DNA of 64,000 nt from Alphaproteobacteria bacterium (GTDB lineage: Bacteria; Pseudomonadota; Alphaproteobacteria; GCA-2731375): the NCBI GenBank assembly GCA_965225945.1, contig CBDDBZ010000030.1, positions 96,001-160,000 on the forward strand, in the 5' to 3' direction. A model generated the notes under the pieces. The model did no database searches, was not told where the DNA came from, and saw only the letters and a program-made list of their open reading frames with translations. Position 1 is the first letter of the stretch, and each line of letters begins with the position of its first letter. This document shows positions 10,333 to 20,831 of this stretch, one piece after another. A program made the position numbers and the translations under genes.

Positions 10333-11717
10333 GTCGTTTGCCTCCCAGGTGCGGCGCCGTCAGCGGTCTCGGCATCGGTTGGCGCCGTGCATGATTTCGT
10401 ATTGCCGCTCGGTCATGGGGCCGGATCCGGAGGGGTGTCGTCTCTCTCTCTCGAAGCCTAGAGGATTGTCGGGCGAGAGCGAACCGCCCACGGGGTGCCA
10501 CGCGCTATTTCGGCAGGCCCAGCGCCTCGATTTCGGCCGCCACCGTCGCCGAGATCACCTCGTGGCCCTTGGCGTTCGGATGACTGTCGACGTTCCCGAA
10601 ATAGGGCTGGGGTTCCGCCCGGCCGAGCGCCGGTAGAGGATCGATCGCGGGGATGTTTCGCGCGGCGAGGAAATTCAGGACCTTCCGCCGCCAGCGGGTC
10701 TCGCTCGCGATCAGCGCCTCCAGCGGCCCGTGATCCTCGGGCACCCGGACCCGGGGCCGGATCGCGAGCTCCTTGGTCGGCAGCAGGACGACGGCGAAGG
10801 CGATACCCGCCGCCCCGAGCCGAGCGGCCATCCGGGCGATGTGTTTGAGCGAGGCCCGGGCGCCGACCCGGATCCGTAGGTCGCGATCGTCCAGCGCCTG
10901 CAACCGGTAGCGCGCGGTCAGCAGCGTCTTCCAGCGGGGTCCGTCGTGGACGGTGACGAAATCACGATGCGCCGGGCTGATCGCGGCCCGCGCCACTTCG
11001 AAGTTCGGCGCCACCAAGCCCTCCCGCGCATCGATCGAGCCCTGGTGGGCGACGGCCACGTAGAGGTTGCGCAAGAGGCCGAACACCCGGCTCCAGCTCT
11101 TCACCCAGAGGGAGAAGCGTCGCGCCAGGCCGTCTCGCCGCGTGGGCCGGGCGCTCTCCTCGGTCCGCGCGCGCTCGTCCACCAGGTGGCGGACGATTCC
11201 CCTCTCGGCCTCGAGCCGCTCGATCTCGCCGCGCTCGCCCTCGTCCGCGATCTCGGGCAGCCGACCGCGCGCCTTGGCGGTGCGATAGTCGTCGAAGAAG
11301 TCATTGCCGAAATAAAGCGCGAGCAGCACCAGGCGGGGGCGCAGGCCGACCACCCGATCGAGATGGTCGAAGCTGTCGGCGACGCCATAGGTCGGCAGCC
11401 CCATGTTGTAGACGCTTCGCCCGAGCACCGAGGCCAGGAGATGGGGCCAGGCGGCCTCGCGCGCCACGTTGGAGCCATAGACGTGGGAATCGCCGAGCGC
11501 GACGATCTCGGCCCGGTCCGGGACAATTGCGTTGCGGAAGCCGAGGGCGTCGTGCTCCGGGATCGCCGGATCGCCCCGGTAGCCGCCGGCGGGATCGCCG
11601 ATCAGGCGCGGGCGTGGCGGAAAGGTCTTCTCGTCGACCGCCGGCAGCCAGATGCTCGCCAACTGCAGCAGCCCCTCGAAGGCGAGGATCGCCATGCCGA
11701 TGAGGGCTAGATTCTTG

Positions 11718-12472
11718 CTTGCCTATCCGGTTATCACCCACACCCACTATATGTAGTGTGTCTCCTTGGACTGCAGGCAAGGGCCGGCGCAGGCGCATTG
11801 AGGAGGCGATCCGGCTAATTCTTGATTGTTCTGAAAACCGAACCGGAGTTTAATTCACGTCACGTACTTAACATCGGGGGACGGAACGGTGGCGACCAAG
11901 GGAAAAACGAAGAAACCCACGGCCAGACGGGAAGCTGCTGATGAAACGACATCGTCTGAGCGATTGACGGCACTAGTCGAAGAAAGCGACGCGCTGGCAC
12001 GAATCGTTGCGAAGAACCCGTCCGCGCCTGTTAGTCTCCTGCGCGTTTTGAGTCGCAGCGAAGACGAAGCGACACGCAAGAACGTGATCCTCAATCCGTT
12101 TACTTCATATGACGTATTGAGCGAACTTGAAAACCAGTTCACAGAGCTATTTGTGAATAATCCGGCACTCGAATCCTACAATTCAATGAAGCTCTGATTT
12201 CCTGGAATATTCCATCGGTGTCGTTCACCTCCGATTTCAGATAAATTTCAATGAAGTGACGGTCCTTTATGCAACGTGGCGTTTTGCCAAATCCGACTCA
12301 ATGATTAGGATTTCCACCACGCTAAAGTGTCGCCTAAAAGGCGCTACAATGCCGTCCGAGTCCCTGCTCGGCATCGCCGGAGATATCTCCGCTTCGACCT
12401 GCACCGAGCTTTACTCAGGAAAATGGGTGCACACTACATATAGTGGGTGTGGGTGATAACCGGATAGGCGAG
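11718..12472. mobile_element. Non-autonomous 755-bp TIR cassette (IS1595-family-like ends), copy 1
   Basis: ~43-bp TIR CTTGCCTATCCGGTTATCACCCACACCCACTATATGTAGTGTG; 8-bp TSD GATTCTTG at 11710-11717 and 12473-12480; no transposase; near-identical copy at 49497-50251. Confidence 0.92.
11889..12197 (+). CDS. Passenger ORF with leucine-rich-repeat-variant (LRV/HEAT-like) repeats, possibly truncated
   Basis: Repeats IVAKNPSAPVSLLRVL / VILNPFTSYDVLSEL / FVNNPAL; present in both cassette copies. Confidence 0.55.
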   Translation: MATKGKTKKPTARREAADETTSSERLTALVEESDALARIVAKNPSAPVSLLRVLSRSEDEATRKNVILNPFTSYDVLSELENQFTELFVNNPALESYNSMKL

Positions 12473-12643
12473 GATTCTTGAACACCGCCGCCGCCAGGGC
12501 GCCGAGCCTGGAAATCATCCGCCGCGTCGTTTAGAGCATGATCCGACGCTTCGGCGACCCGGTGCGTGACCGCCGGCGGCGGAGTATGGCACACTCGCCC
12601 TCAAGGCGCCGCCGTGGGTGCCGTCAAGTGGGAGGCTACTGCC

Positions 12644-14275
12644 ATGAAAGTGGTCGAGGCGATCGCCGAAATTCTGCAGCGAGAGGGGGTGGAGATGCTG
12701 ATCGCCTACCCCGTCAATCACGTCATCGAATATTCGGCCAGGATCGACATTCGCACCATCATCGTCCGCCAGGAGCGCATCGGCCTCCACATGGCCGACG
12801 CCATCAGCCGCCTCACCAGCGGCGAGAAGATCGGCGTCTTCGCCATGCAGCACGGGCCCGGGGCGGAGAACGCCTTCGGCGGCGTGGCCCAGGCTTACGG
12901 CGAATCGGTGCCGATCCTGGTCATCCCCCAGGGCTATCCGCAAGATATCGCCCAGGTCGAGCCCAACTTCAGCTCGGCCCTCAACTACAAGCACGTCACC
13001 AAGTCGGCCGAGCCGCTGGTCCATCCCAACCACGTGGTCGACGTGATGCGCCGCGCCTTCACCCGGGTCCGCAACGGTCGTCCGGGGCCGGTGCTGGTGG
13101 AAGTGCCGTCCGACCTGATGATGGCGGAATACGAGGGCGAGATCGACTATACGCCCGCCGTCACGCTCCGAAGCGCCCCCGACCCCGAGGGCGTCGAGCG
13201 CATGGCCGAGACCCTGGTGGCGGCGAAACGCCCGGTGCTCTATGCCGGCCAAGGCGTGCACTACGCCAAGGCCTGGGACGATCTGAAGCGCTTGTCCGAA
13301 CTGTTGGCCGCGCCCGTCACCACCAGCCTCCAGGGCAAGAGCGCATTTGCCGAGAACCATCCGTTGAGCCTCGGCTCTTGCGGCCGAGCGATCCCGAAGA
13401 TGGTGCACGAGTATCTGGCCAAGGCGGACGTCATCTTCGGCATCGGCTGCAGCTTCACCAGGACCGGCTTCGGCACCCAGATGCCGAAGGGCAAGACCAT
13501 CCTGCACGCGACCTTGGATCCACTCGACGTCAACAAGAACCAGGTCTCGGACCAGGCGCTGATCGGCGATGCCGGCCTGACGCTCCGGGCCCTGAACGTG
13601 GCGGTCGAGGAGCGCCTCGGCGGCCAGGCGCGCAATTCGGTCCCGGTGGCTGATGACATCGCCCGCATCAAGGCCGAGTGGATGGAGCAATGGCTGCCGA
13701 AGCTGACCTCGGCCGAGACCCCGCTTTCGCCCTATCGCGTGCTCTGGGACCTGCACCGAACCGTCGACCGCGCCAACACCATCATCACCCACGACGCCGG
13801 CAGCCCGCGCGACCAGATCTCGCCCTTCTGGGAGGCGATCGCGCCGCTCTCCTACATCGGCTGGGGCAAGACCACGCAGCTCGGATATGGCCTCGGCCTC
13901 GCCATGGGGGCGAAGCTGGCATGCCCGGACAAGCTCTGCATCAACGTCTGGGGCGACGCGGCGATCGGCTTCACCGGCATGGATTTCGAGACGGCGGTCC
14001 GGGAGCGGATACCGATCCTCTCGATCCTCATGAACAATTTCTCGATGGCGATCGAGCTGCCGATCATGGAGGTCTCGACGGAGAAATATCGCTCGACCGA
14101 CATCTCGGGCGATTACGCGGCGATGGCGCGGGCCTTCGGCGGCCATGGCGAGCGGGTGAGCGATCCCTCCGAGATCGTGCCGGCGATCCGCCGGGGCATC
14201 GAGCAGACCGAGGCCGGCGTCCCGGCGCTGCTGGAGTTCATCACCCAGAAGGAAATCGAGATCTCCAAGTTCTGA
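12644..14275 (+). CDS. Thiamine-pyrophosphate-dependent enzyme (acetolactate synthase-like)
   Basis: VRQERIGLHMADA, HGPGAEN, RPGPVLVEVP, GDAA...NN TPP motif; GGAGG RBS before ATG 12644. Confidence 0.9.
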   Translation: MKVVEAIAEILQREGVEMLIAYPVNHVIEYSARIDIRTIIVRQERIGLHMADAISRLTSGEKIGVFAMQHGPGAENAFGGVAQAYGESVPILVIPQGYPQDIAQVEPNFSSALNYKHVTKSAEPLVHPNHVVDVMRRAFTRVRNGRPGPVLVEVPSDLMMAEYEGEIDYTPAVTLRSAPDPEGVERMAETLVAAKRPVLYAGQGVHYAKAWDDLKRLSELLAAPVTTSLQGKSAFAENHPLSLGSCGRAIPKMVHEYLAKADVIFGIGCSFTRTGFGTQMPKGKTILHATLDPLDVNKNQVSDQALIGDAGLTLRALNVAVEERLGGQARNSVPVADDIARIKAEWMEQWLPKLTSAETPLSPYRVLWDLHRTVDRANTIITHDAGSPRDQISPFWEAIAPLSYIGWGKTTQLGYGLGLAMGAKLACPDKLCINVWGDAAIGFTGMDFETAVRERIPILSILMNNFSMAIELPIMEVSTEKYRSTDISGDYAAMARAFGGHGERVSDPSEIVPAIRRGIEQTEAGVPALLEFITQKEIEISKF

Positions 14276-14330
14276 GGCCGGTCGCCCCATGGCGTCGACT
14301 TGAAAATGCGGCGCCGGGCCGCCCCGAGCC

Positions 14331-15794
14331 TCATCGCGCGGCGGGCAGGTGCAGGAACTGCTGCGCGACCCGCCTCGCCGCCGCCTCGCCGCCGTCGTCC
14401 TCGATTCCGCCGGTGACCAAGCGGAGATCGGCGAGCGCGGCGGCGTATTCGAGATTGGCGTCGACGATCCGGCGCTGCATCCGGGCGAGCTTGGCGAGCG
14501 CCGCCAAATGGCCGCCGCCGCCGCCGGGGCCGGGCTCGCTTTGGCGCGCCTTATCGTCGGCGATTCCCTCCAACAGCGTGTTGGTCTTCAGCGCCAAGTC
14601 GTAGCTGGCGCCGCTCAGCCGCAGGCGCTCGACGATGGTCTGGACGTCGGTCTGGAGCTGGCGGAGGCGAAGGGTGAGGTCGACGCGGACCGTGTTCTCG
14701 GAGGCCCTCGCCGCGCCGAGTCGCCCCTCGGCGGCCGAATTGCGCAGGCTGTGGGCCAACCGCACGCGGACGCCGCTCTGCTTCACGATGAAATTGGCCT
14801 CGGGCAACAGTCCGTTCAGGGCGGCGGCGACGCGGATGTCTTCCGAGCTTACCCGCTGGCGCAACATCCGGATGTCGGCCCGGTTCTCGATCGCGCCCCG
14901 GATCAGCAGCGCCTCGTCCGGGCCGCCATCGGCCGGCAACAGCACGACTCGGGGAAAGGCGCCGCCCGCCTCCGGCAGCGACTGGACGTTCGCCGTCTCC
15001 AGCCCGAGCGCCACCGCCAGATCGCGCCGGGCGTTGAGCCAGGCGGCACGGGCTTGGCCGACCTCGAGGCGGCGGAACGCCAAGTCCGCCTCCGCTTCCT
15101 GGCCGGCGAGTGGCGCCAGCTCGCCGCGTTCGACGAGTTGCGCCGTGGCCTCTACCGAACGGGCGACGTGGCCTTCCAGAAGCCTCACCACCTCCAGCCG
15201 CTTGGCCGCGGCAAGGGCCCGCCAGTGGGCCTGCACGGCCGTATGAACCAAGCCGCGCTTCTCGTGCCGCGCCCGCCACTCGCTCGCCACCAGATCGGAT
15301 CGGGCGGCCCGTTCGTCGGCCGCCGCGTGTTTGCCCGCGCCGCGCAGCAGTGGCCAGGTGATGGAGAGCGCGGGCGCGGTCCGCGTCTCGGCCAGGACCT
15401 CCTCGGATTCCTCGCCGATGTTATTGAAGACGGAAAATCCCGGACGCACGATGATACCGTTGCGGAACCGCTTGGAGAAGCCGAACCGGCCGCCGTAGAT
15501 GTTGACTAGGTCGGTGTCGTTGGTGAGGAGGCCGTCCCTGTTGTCCTTGATCACCTCGCGGCGCTCGAAGGAGCCCTCGGCGAAGAGGTGCCAGTCGAAT
15601 TGGCCCTTGGCGATGTCGAGCCGGGCGCGACTTTCGGCGATGGCGCCCTGCTGTCGCTCGAGCGCGGGATGGCGTTCGAGGGCGAGGGCGACGACCGCTT
15701 CGAGCTCCAGGGTTTGGGCCAGCGCCGGGCCGGGCGATGCGAAGGCCACGAGCAACGCCGCCGAGAGCCATCCAGCGCGCGAGGACCACCTCAC
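14331..15794 (-). CDS. TolC-family outer-membrane efflux protein
   Basis: Signal peptide, LELEAVVALALERHP, WPLLRG; last gene of the ABC/MFP operon. Confidence 0.8.
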   Translation of the reverse strand: MRWSSRAGWLSAALLVAFASPGPALAQTLELEAVVALALERHPALERQQGAIAESRARLDIAKGQFDWHLFAEGSFERREVIKDNRDGLLTNDTDLVNIYGGRFGFSKRFRNGIIVRPGFSVFNNIGEESEEVLAETRTAPALSITWPLLRGAGKHAAADERAARSDLVASEWRARHEKRGLVHTAVQAHWRALAAAKRLEVVRLLEGHVARSVEATAQLVERGELAPLAGQEAEADLAFRRLEVGQARAAWLNARRDLAVALGLETANVQSLPEAGGAFPRVVLLPADGGPDEALLIRGAIENRADIRMLRQRVSSEDIRVAAALNGLLPEANFIVKQSGVRVRLAHSLRNSAAEGRLGAARASENTVRVDLTLRLRQLQTDVQTIVERLRLSGASYDLALKTNTLLEGIADDKARQSEPGPGGGGGHLAALAKLARMQRRIVDANLEYAAALADLRLVTGGIEDDGGEAAARRVAQQFLHLPAAR

Positions 15795-16601
15795 TCACGC
15801 CTCCCCGACGATATGACCGTCGACCATCTTCACCACGCGATCGGCGATCCGGTACAGCCTCGGATCGTGCGTCACCATCAGGAGCGCCGTCTTCTCCTCG
15901 GTGACGCGGCGCCGCAGCATGTCGATCACCTGAGCGGCCATGTCGCGATCGAGGGCCGCCGTCGGCTCGTCCGCGAGGATCAGCCGAGGATCGTTGATCA
16001 GCGCCCGGGCGATGGCGATCCGCTGCTTCTGTCCGGTGGAGAGCTGCGCCGGCTTGACGTCGGCGAACTCGGCCAGACCCAGCTCGTCCAGCAAGGCGGC
16101 CGGCCGGTCGCGGAAGTCCTTGCGACCGTAGCGCTTGCGGAAGAGTCGCATGGTGAGCCGCAAGGTCTCGGTCGCGGTCAGCGATTCGAACAGATTGTGG
16201 TCCTGAAAGATGAAGCCGATGTTGCGGCGCATCCGTTCCATTTGGCTCTGGCCGAGGCCCCCCAACGCGGCCCCGTCGAGCCGGATGTCGCCGTCCTGGA
16301 TGGCGCGCAAGGCGCCGATCAGCGACAACAGCGTGGTCTTGCCGGAGCCGGAGGGGCCGGTCAACGCCACGAAATCCCCCGGCTCCAGGATCAGATCGAT
16401 ACCGTCCAGCACCTTCCGTCCGGGGCGGTTGGATTTGAAAGCGTAGCCGACGCCCGTCACCTCGACCGCCGGCAGGTCCGACCGGGTCGGGCGTTCGGAC
16501 GGCTCGCCCGCCGTCAGGGAGATTGCAGGCTGTGGAGACACCTTGTCGTGGCCTCTCGCTCGCTCCCTCGGCCTCGAGCGTTTCAAGCTTGTTCGCTTCA
16601 A
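15795..16601 (-). CDS. ABC exporter ATP-binding subunit (DevA-like)
   Basis: GPSGSGKTT, LSTGQKQRIAIARAL, ADEPT, VTHD. Confidence 0.9.
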   Translation of the reverse strand: MKRTSLKRSRPRERARGHDKVSPQPAISLTAGEPSERPTRSDLPAVEVTGVGYAFKSNRPGRKVLDGIDLILEPGDFVALTGPSGSGKTTLLSLIGALRAIQDGDIRLDGAALGGLGQSQMERMRRNIGFIFQDHNLFESLTATETLRLTMRLFRKRYGRKDFRDRPAALLDELGLAEFADVKPAQLSTGQKQRIAIARALINDPRLILADEPTAALDRDMAAQVIDMLRRRVTEEKTALLMVTHDPRLYRIADRVVKMVDGHIVGEA

Positions 16602-16613
16602 TCCCGAAGCGCT

Positions 16614-17750
16614 CTAGAACAACTCCGCCGGGTCGGCCTGGGCGACCCGGCGCATCGCCAGCAGTCCGGCGCCGACCGACATCACCACCGTCAGTGCCAG
16701 GATCGATCCGGTTCGCCACCAAGTATGGCGCATGATCAGCGCCGTCAGATCCTGGATCACCTCATAGGCGACGTACGATATTCCGAGCGCCAGCGCAAAT
16801 CCGACGAGGCTGAGCAGAACCGCCTGTTGCAGGATGATCCGGGCGAAAAAACCCCGGGCGAAGCCCAGCGCCTTCAGAGTGGCGTATTGTGCCTGCTGAT
16901 CGGAGATCTCGTTGTAGAGGATCTGGTAGCAGGTGATCAGGCCGATCACCAGGCCGGCCAGCATGCCGATGCCGAAGATGATGCCGATCGGCGCCGCGCG
17001 GATGGTGAAGAGGAACTCGCGGTCGCGCAGCGATTGCGGCGTCAGCGCCGTCATCTCGCCGGGCGCCAACGCCTCGATTGCCCGTCGCACGGCCTCGACC
17101 GGGGCGCCTGGCGCCAGCCACACCACGCCCAGGATCGGATCGGCATTGGGCACCAGCGCCAGCCAGTTGCCCTCGCTCATCACCACCGCGCCGTCCGAGA
17201 TGACGTTGGGGCCGATCTCCACCTCGCCGGCGATGCGGAAGGGCTGGCGGTCCAGCAGGATCTCCCGGCCAGCGCCGACGTCGCCGTAAATGTCGCGGCT
17301 GCGCTTGTCGAACAGCACCGTGCGGGCGAGCTTGAGATCGCGGGCAATTCGGCCGGCTTCGCCGATGGCGAGCGGCGCGTCCTCCGGCGGAAAGGCGTAG
17401 ACGACGATGCGTCGGCTGCGATCGTCCCCGTGTTGGGCGAGGCCGACGTTGCCCTTGTAGATCCGGCTCACCTTGGCGACGCCGGGGAGCGCGGCGATCT
17501 GGTTCAGCCGGATCGGTTCCAGCTCCTGCCACTTGTTGAGGTTGGTCTGGTTGGCGTGCATCACCACGATGTCGCCGCGCACCAGCGTCGCCAGGTTAGC
17601 CTGGCTGTCGAGCACGCCGAAAAAGAACCCCGCCTCGACGAACATTATCACCACGGCGACGGCGATACCGGCCGAGGCGGCGGCGAAGCGACGCCGGTCG
17701 TGGGTCAGGATGCGTGCGCCGAGGCCGCCGGGAAGGCTGAACGGAAACAT
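16614..17750 (-). CDS. ABC exporter permease (DevC/FtsX-like)
   Basis: YATLKALG, C-terminal ADPAELF. Confidence 0.85.
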   Translation of the reverse strand: MFPFSLPGGLGARILTHDRRRFAAASAGIAVAVVIMFVEAGFFFGVLDSQANLATLVRGDIVVMHANQTNLNKWQELEPIRLNQIAALPGVAKVSRIYKGNVGLAQHGDDRSRRIVVYAFPPEDAPLAIGEAGRIARDLKLARTVLFDKRSRDIYGDVGAGREILLDRQPFRIAGEVEIGPNVISDGAVVMSEGNWLALVPNADPILGVVWLAPGAPVEAVRRAIEALAPGEMTALTPQSLRDREFLFTIRAAPIGIIFGIGMLAGLVIGLITCYQILYNEISDQQAQYATLKALGFARGFFARIILQQAVLLSLVGFALALGISYVAYEVIQDLTALIMRHTWWRTGSILALTVVMSVGAGLLAMRRVAQADPAELF

Positions 17751-17752
17751 CG

Positions 17753-18952
17753 TCAGAAGAGCTCCGCCGGATCGGCGTGCCGCAGTCGATGCAGGGTCAG
17801 CAGCGCCGAGGCGAGGCACATCGCCAACGCCATCCCGCCCACCCAGACGACGAGTTCGGGGTCCATCCGCATCGGCAGGTGGCTCGCCTCGCTCACCTGG
17901 TGGAAGGCGAGACGGCCCAGCAGCCAGGCTGGCAGGAAGCCCAGGAGCGCGAAGAGGGCGGTTTGCGTCACGCCGACGCCGAGCACGAAATGGCGGCCGA
18001 AGCCCATCGCCTTCAGGGTCGCGAACTCGCCCATACGGTTGCCGATCTCGGTCGAGATCACCTGGAACAGGATCACCACGCCGACGACGAAGCCGATGAA
18101 CATGCCGGTCTGGAACATCAGCCCGACCGGCCGGTCGGAGGTGAAGTAGTCCTGCTCCCGCTCGATCAATTCCTCGCGGGTCAGCACCCGGACATCCCCC
18201 GGCAGCACCTCGGCGACGCGGCGCTTCGTGGCGGCTGAATCGCCGCCCGGCGCCAGGCGCAGCAGACCCATGCTCACTTGGCGGGCCGAGCCGCGGACGA
18301 GGTGTCCGAAGCTATCGTTGTGGGTGATCGCGGCACCCTCGGCGTAGAAGAAGGCGCCGAGCTCGAAATGACCGACGACGCGGACTTCCCGGTTGTTGAT
18401 CAGCCCAGCGGCGCCGGTGGAAATGTCTCCATAGTCCTCGTGGCTGAAGGCATCTACCAGCACCGCCCGATTCTCTCTCAAGGCGCTCAACCCGGCGCGG
18501 ATCCGGGGATCGCGAACGAAACTCGGATCGTCGTCGATGCCCACCAGCAGCAGGGTCGAGCGCAGGCCGTTCGCCGGATCGGTCCAGCGGCCGGCCTTGA
18601 TCGCGATGTTGAAGCTATTCCGTACCTCCGGCACCGCGCGGGCCTGGGTCAGGCGAACCCGGTCGAAACGCGGCGCGGCGGCGAGATATTGATAATCGCT
18701 GGAGACCACGACGAGATCGAAGTGGAAGAACTCGTAAAGCAGGGTCGCCGCGCGGCGGGTCGCGTCGAGGAAGCCGATCTGCAGGAACAGCAGGAAGATG
18801 GCGAAACAAATGCCCGTCGCCGCCACCGTGGTTCGGGTCGGGCGCTGCGAGAGGTTGCGCCACGAGAGCGTCAGGCACGCCCGGAGCAATCCTCCCCCCA
18901 ACGAAATTTCGCCGAACACCCGTTGCGCCTCCCGTCTGGAGTCGTGCTCCAA
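17753..18952 (-). CDS. ABC exporter permease (DevC/FtsX-like), second paralog
   Basis: LFLQIGF, EFATLKAMG, ADPAELF. Confidence 0.85.
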   Translation of the reverse strand: MEHDSRREAQRVFGEISLGGGLLRACLTLSWRNLSQRPTRTTVAATGICFAIFLLFLQIGFLDATRRAATLLYEFFHFDLVVVSSDYQYLAAAPRFDRVRLTQARAVPEVRNSFNIAIKAGRWTDPANGLRSTLLLVGIDDDPSFVRDPRIRAGLSALRENRAVLVDAFSHEDYGDISTGAAGLINNREVRVVGHFELGAFFYAEGAAITHNDSFGHLVRGSARQVSMGLLRLAPGGDSAATKRRVAEVLPGDVRVLTREELIEREQDYFTSDRPVGLMFQTGMFIGFVVGVVILFQVISTEIGNRMGEFATLKAMGFGRHFVLGVGVTQTALFALLGFLPAWLLGRLAFHQVSEASHLPMRMDPELVVWVGGMALAMCLASALLTLHRLRHADPAELF

Positions 18953-18959
18953 GGCCGCC

Positions 18960-19868
18960 TCAGCGCTGGATGGTGACTTGCACCTCCATCCCGACGACCT
19001 TTCCGGCGACCTCGGAATTATCGAGCCGGATCAAAACCTTGGCAAGCTTACTGTCGGTGTCGACGAGACGCTCGACGCGCTCCACCACGCCCGTCAGCGG
19101 CCCCGGCAGCGACGCGCTCTTGGCGCTCGCCTTCATGCCCGGCTCGATCTTCAAGATGTCGCCCTCGTAAACGTCGGCCGTGACGTACATCTTGGCGAGA
19201 TCGGCCATCAATACGACCGGGTCGCCGCGAAGGTGTTCGCCCACGCGTTTCTCGACAGCCAGGATGGTGCCGTCGCTCGGCGCCACCACCTCCGAGGCGC
19301 GAAATCGCGCCTCCGCGAGCGCGAGCCGCGCCTCCGCCAACTTGATCTTGAAGCGCAGCTCGTTGCGTAGCGTCTTCAGCCGCCTCTGCTCCAGCACCAC
19401 GCCGCGCCGCGCCGCGGCCACCTCATACTCGCGGCGCTGCACCTCCCGCTCCGAGATCGCGTTCTGGCCGAGCTTCAGATACTGCGCCAGCTCCGCCTCG
19501 GCCCTCTTGAAGCGCATCTGGGCGGACTGAACCACCAGCTTCTGCACCGCTATGGCATCGCGGCCGCTACGCGCTACCTCCTCCCGCTCGATTCCGGCGA
19601 GCGCCTTTTCCGTCTCCAGTACGGTTCTGTTGCCGAGAACCATAAGCACGTCGCCGCGTTTCACCTGATCGTGGGGGGCCACGAGGATCTCGACGACGGG
19701 ACTGCCGGGCGTGCCGGAGAGGGTGGTGATGCCGTTCTTGGGCGTCAGCCGGCCGATGGCGCCGAGCTCGCCCTCGGCGGCGGCGGAAAGCGGCCAGAGC
19801 AGGCCCGAGACGACGAGCGCCAGGGCGAGCCTCGGGAGGAATCGTCCAAGCAACATGGCGATATGCAC
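18960..19868 (-). CDS. Periplasmic adaptor / membrane fusion protein (DevB/HlyD-like)
   Basis: AIGRLTP, coiled coil, APSDGTIL, ADVYEGDI. Confidence 0.85.
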   Translation of the reverse strand: MHIAMLLGRFLPRLALALVVSGLLWPLSAAAEGELGAIGRLTPKNGITTLSGTPGSPVVEILVAPHDQVKRGDVLMVLGNRTVLETEKALAGIEREEVARSGRDAIAVQKLVVQSAQMRFKRAEAELAQYLKLGQNAISEREVQRREYEVAAARRGVVLEQRRLKTLRNELRFKIKLAEARLALAEARFRASEVVAPSDGTILAVEKRVGEHLRGDPVVLMADLAKMYVTADVYEGDILKIEPGMKASAKSASLPGPLTGVVERVERLVDTDSKLAKVLIRLDNSEVAGKVVGMEVQVTIQR

Positions 19869-19890
19869 CTCGTTCCGGCCCCCCGCCGGA

Positions 19891-20517
19891 TCAGCCGGCG
19901 CCGTCCTTCTCGCCCAGGCGGTCGATTTGGCGCTGCATCTCCGCCAATTGCCGGCGCAACGCCGCCAACTCGGTCTCGTCCGCCGCCTCGGGGACTGGCG
20001 GCTCGGGGGCCGACGCCTGGGGCACCGCCTGGGATTGGCCCGTCCCGGGCTGGAACATGCGCATCGCCTGCTCGAACATCGCTATGTTTTGGCGAGCCAT
20101 ATCCTCCAACTGGCGCACCGGGAAGACGCCGCTCAACGCCTCCGACATCTCCTCGCGCATTTGCTCCTGGTTGCGCGCGAACGCCTCCATGGTCGCCTCG
20201 AGATAGTTCGGCAGCATCGACTGGAGCCCATCGCCGTAGCAGCCGATCAACTGGCGGAGGAAGCCGATGGGCAACAGGTTCTCGCCCTTGTTTTCCTGCT
20301 CGACGATGATCTGGGTCAGCACCGAGCGGGTCAGATCCTCCTCCGACTTGGCGTCGACGACGACGAAATCCACGCCTTCCTTGACCATCGCGGCCAACTG
20401 TTCGAGCGTCACGTAAGAGCTCGACTGGGTATTGTAGAGACGGCGGTTGGCGTATTTTTTGATGTGAACCGGACTGTCCGCCGGCCTCGACGCTTTCGCC
20501 ACGGTTCCGATCCCCAT
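19891..20517 (-). CDS. phaR: Polyhydroxyalkanoate synthesis repressor
   Basis: IKKYANRRLYNTQSSSYVTLE...EDLTRSVLTQII signature. Confidence 0.95.
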   Translation of the reverse strand: MGIGTVAKASRPADSPVHIKKYANRRLYNTQSSSYVTLEQLAAMVKEGVDFVVVDAKSEEDLTRSVLTQIIVEQENKGENLLPIGFLRQLIGCYGDGLQSMLPNYLEATMEAFARNQEQMREEMSEALSGVFPVRQLEDMARQNIAMFEQAMRMFQPGTGQSQAVPQASAPEPPVPEAADETELAALRRQLAEMQRQIDRLGEKDGAG

Positions 20518-20648
20518 TCACGAGCCGGGCCGAGCGGCCCCGTCGGGTCGACACTATTGCGTCGCTTTGCCGCGCCGCGCAAGACTTTGTTGCGGTGCCG
20601 AACACGCTGGCCGTGTCGCGGCGCCTCGAGCGAGCTATAGTCCAGGTC

Positions 20649-20831
20649 ATGAGCGAGCCCGCCGATCTCGATTCGCTGGCCCGGCGCTATCTCGATCTCT
20701 GGGAGCGCCAGGCCGCCCTGATCGCCGCCGATCCGATCGAAGGCATTCATTTTCGGGCGATTATGAATGCAACGAGAATACCTGATGACAGCGCCTCGGA
20801 GAGGGCGGATGAAGGCGAGCGGGACGACTGA
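20649..20831 (+). CDS. Small hypothetical protein upstream of the phaC-like gene
   Basis: MSEPADLDSLARRYLDLWERQ; overlaps the start of the next gene. Confidence 0.45.
   Translation: MSEPADLDSLARRYLDLWERQAALIAADPIEGIHFRAIMNATRIPDDSASERADEGERDD

Larger units (their letters stand above)
10505..12518 (-). pseudogene. SGNH/GDSL hydrolase-like protein, interrupted near its N-terminus by the 755-bp cassette
   Basis: GDSHVYG, GND, DSHPN motifs. Removing 11718-12480 restores MISRLGALAAAVFKNLALIGMAILAFEG from ATG 12518. Confidence 0.8.

Noticed and set aside
12195-12260. TGA ending the cassette ORF as a Sec codon
   Set aside because: No redox motif context, no clear SECIS hairpin, and another stop follows within ~20 codons.
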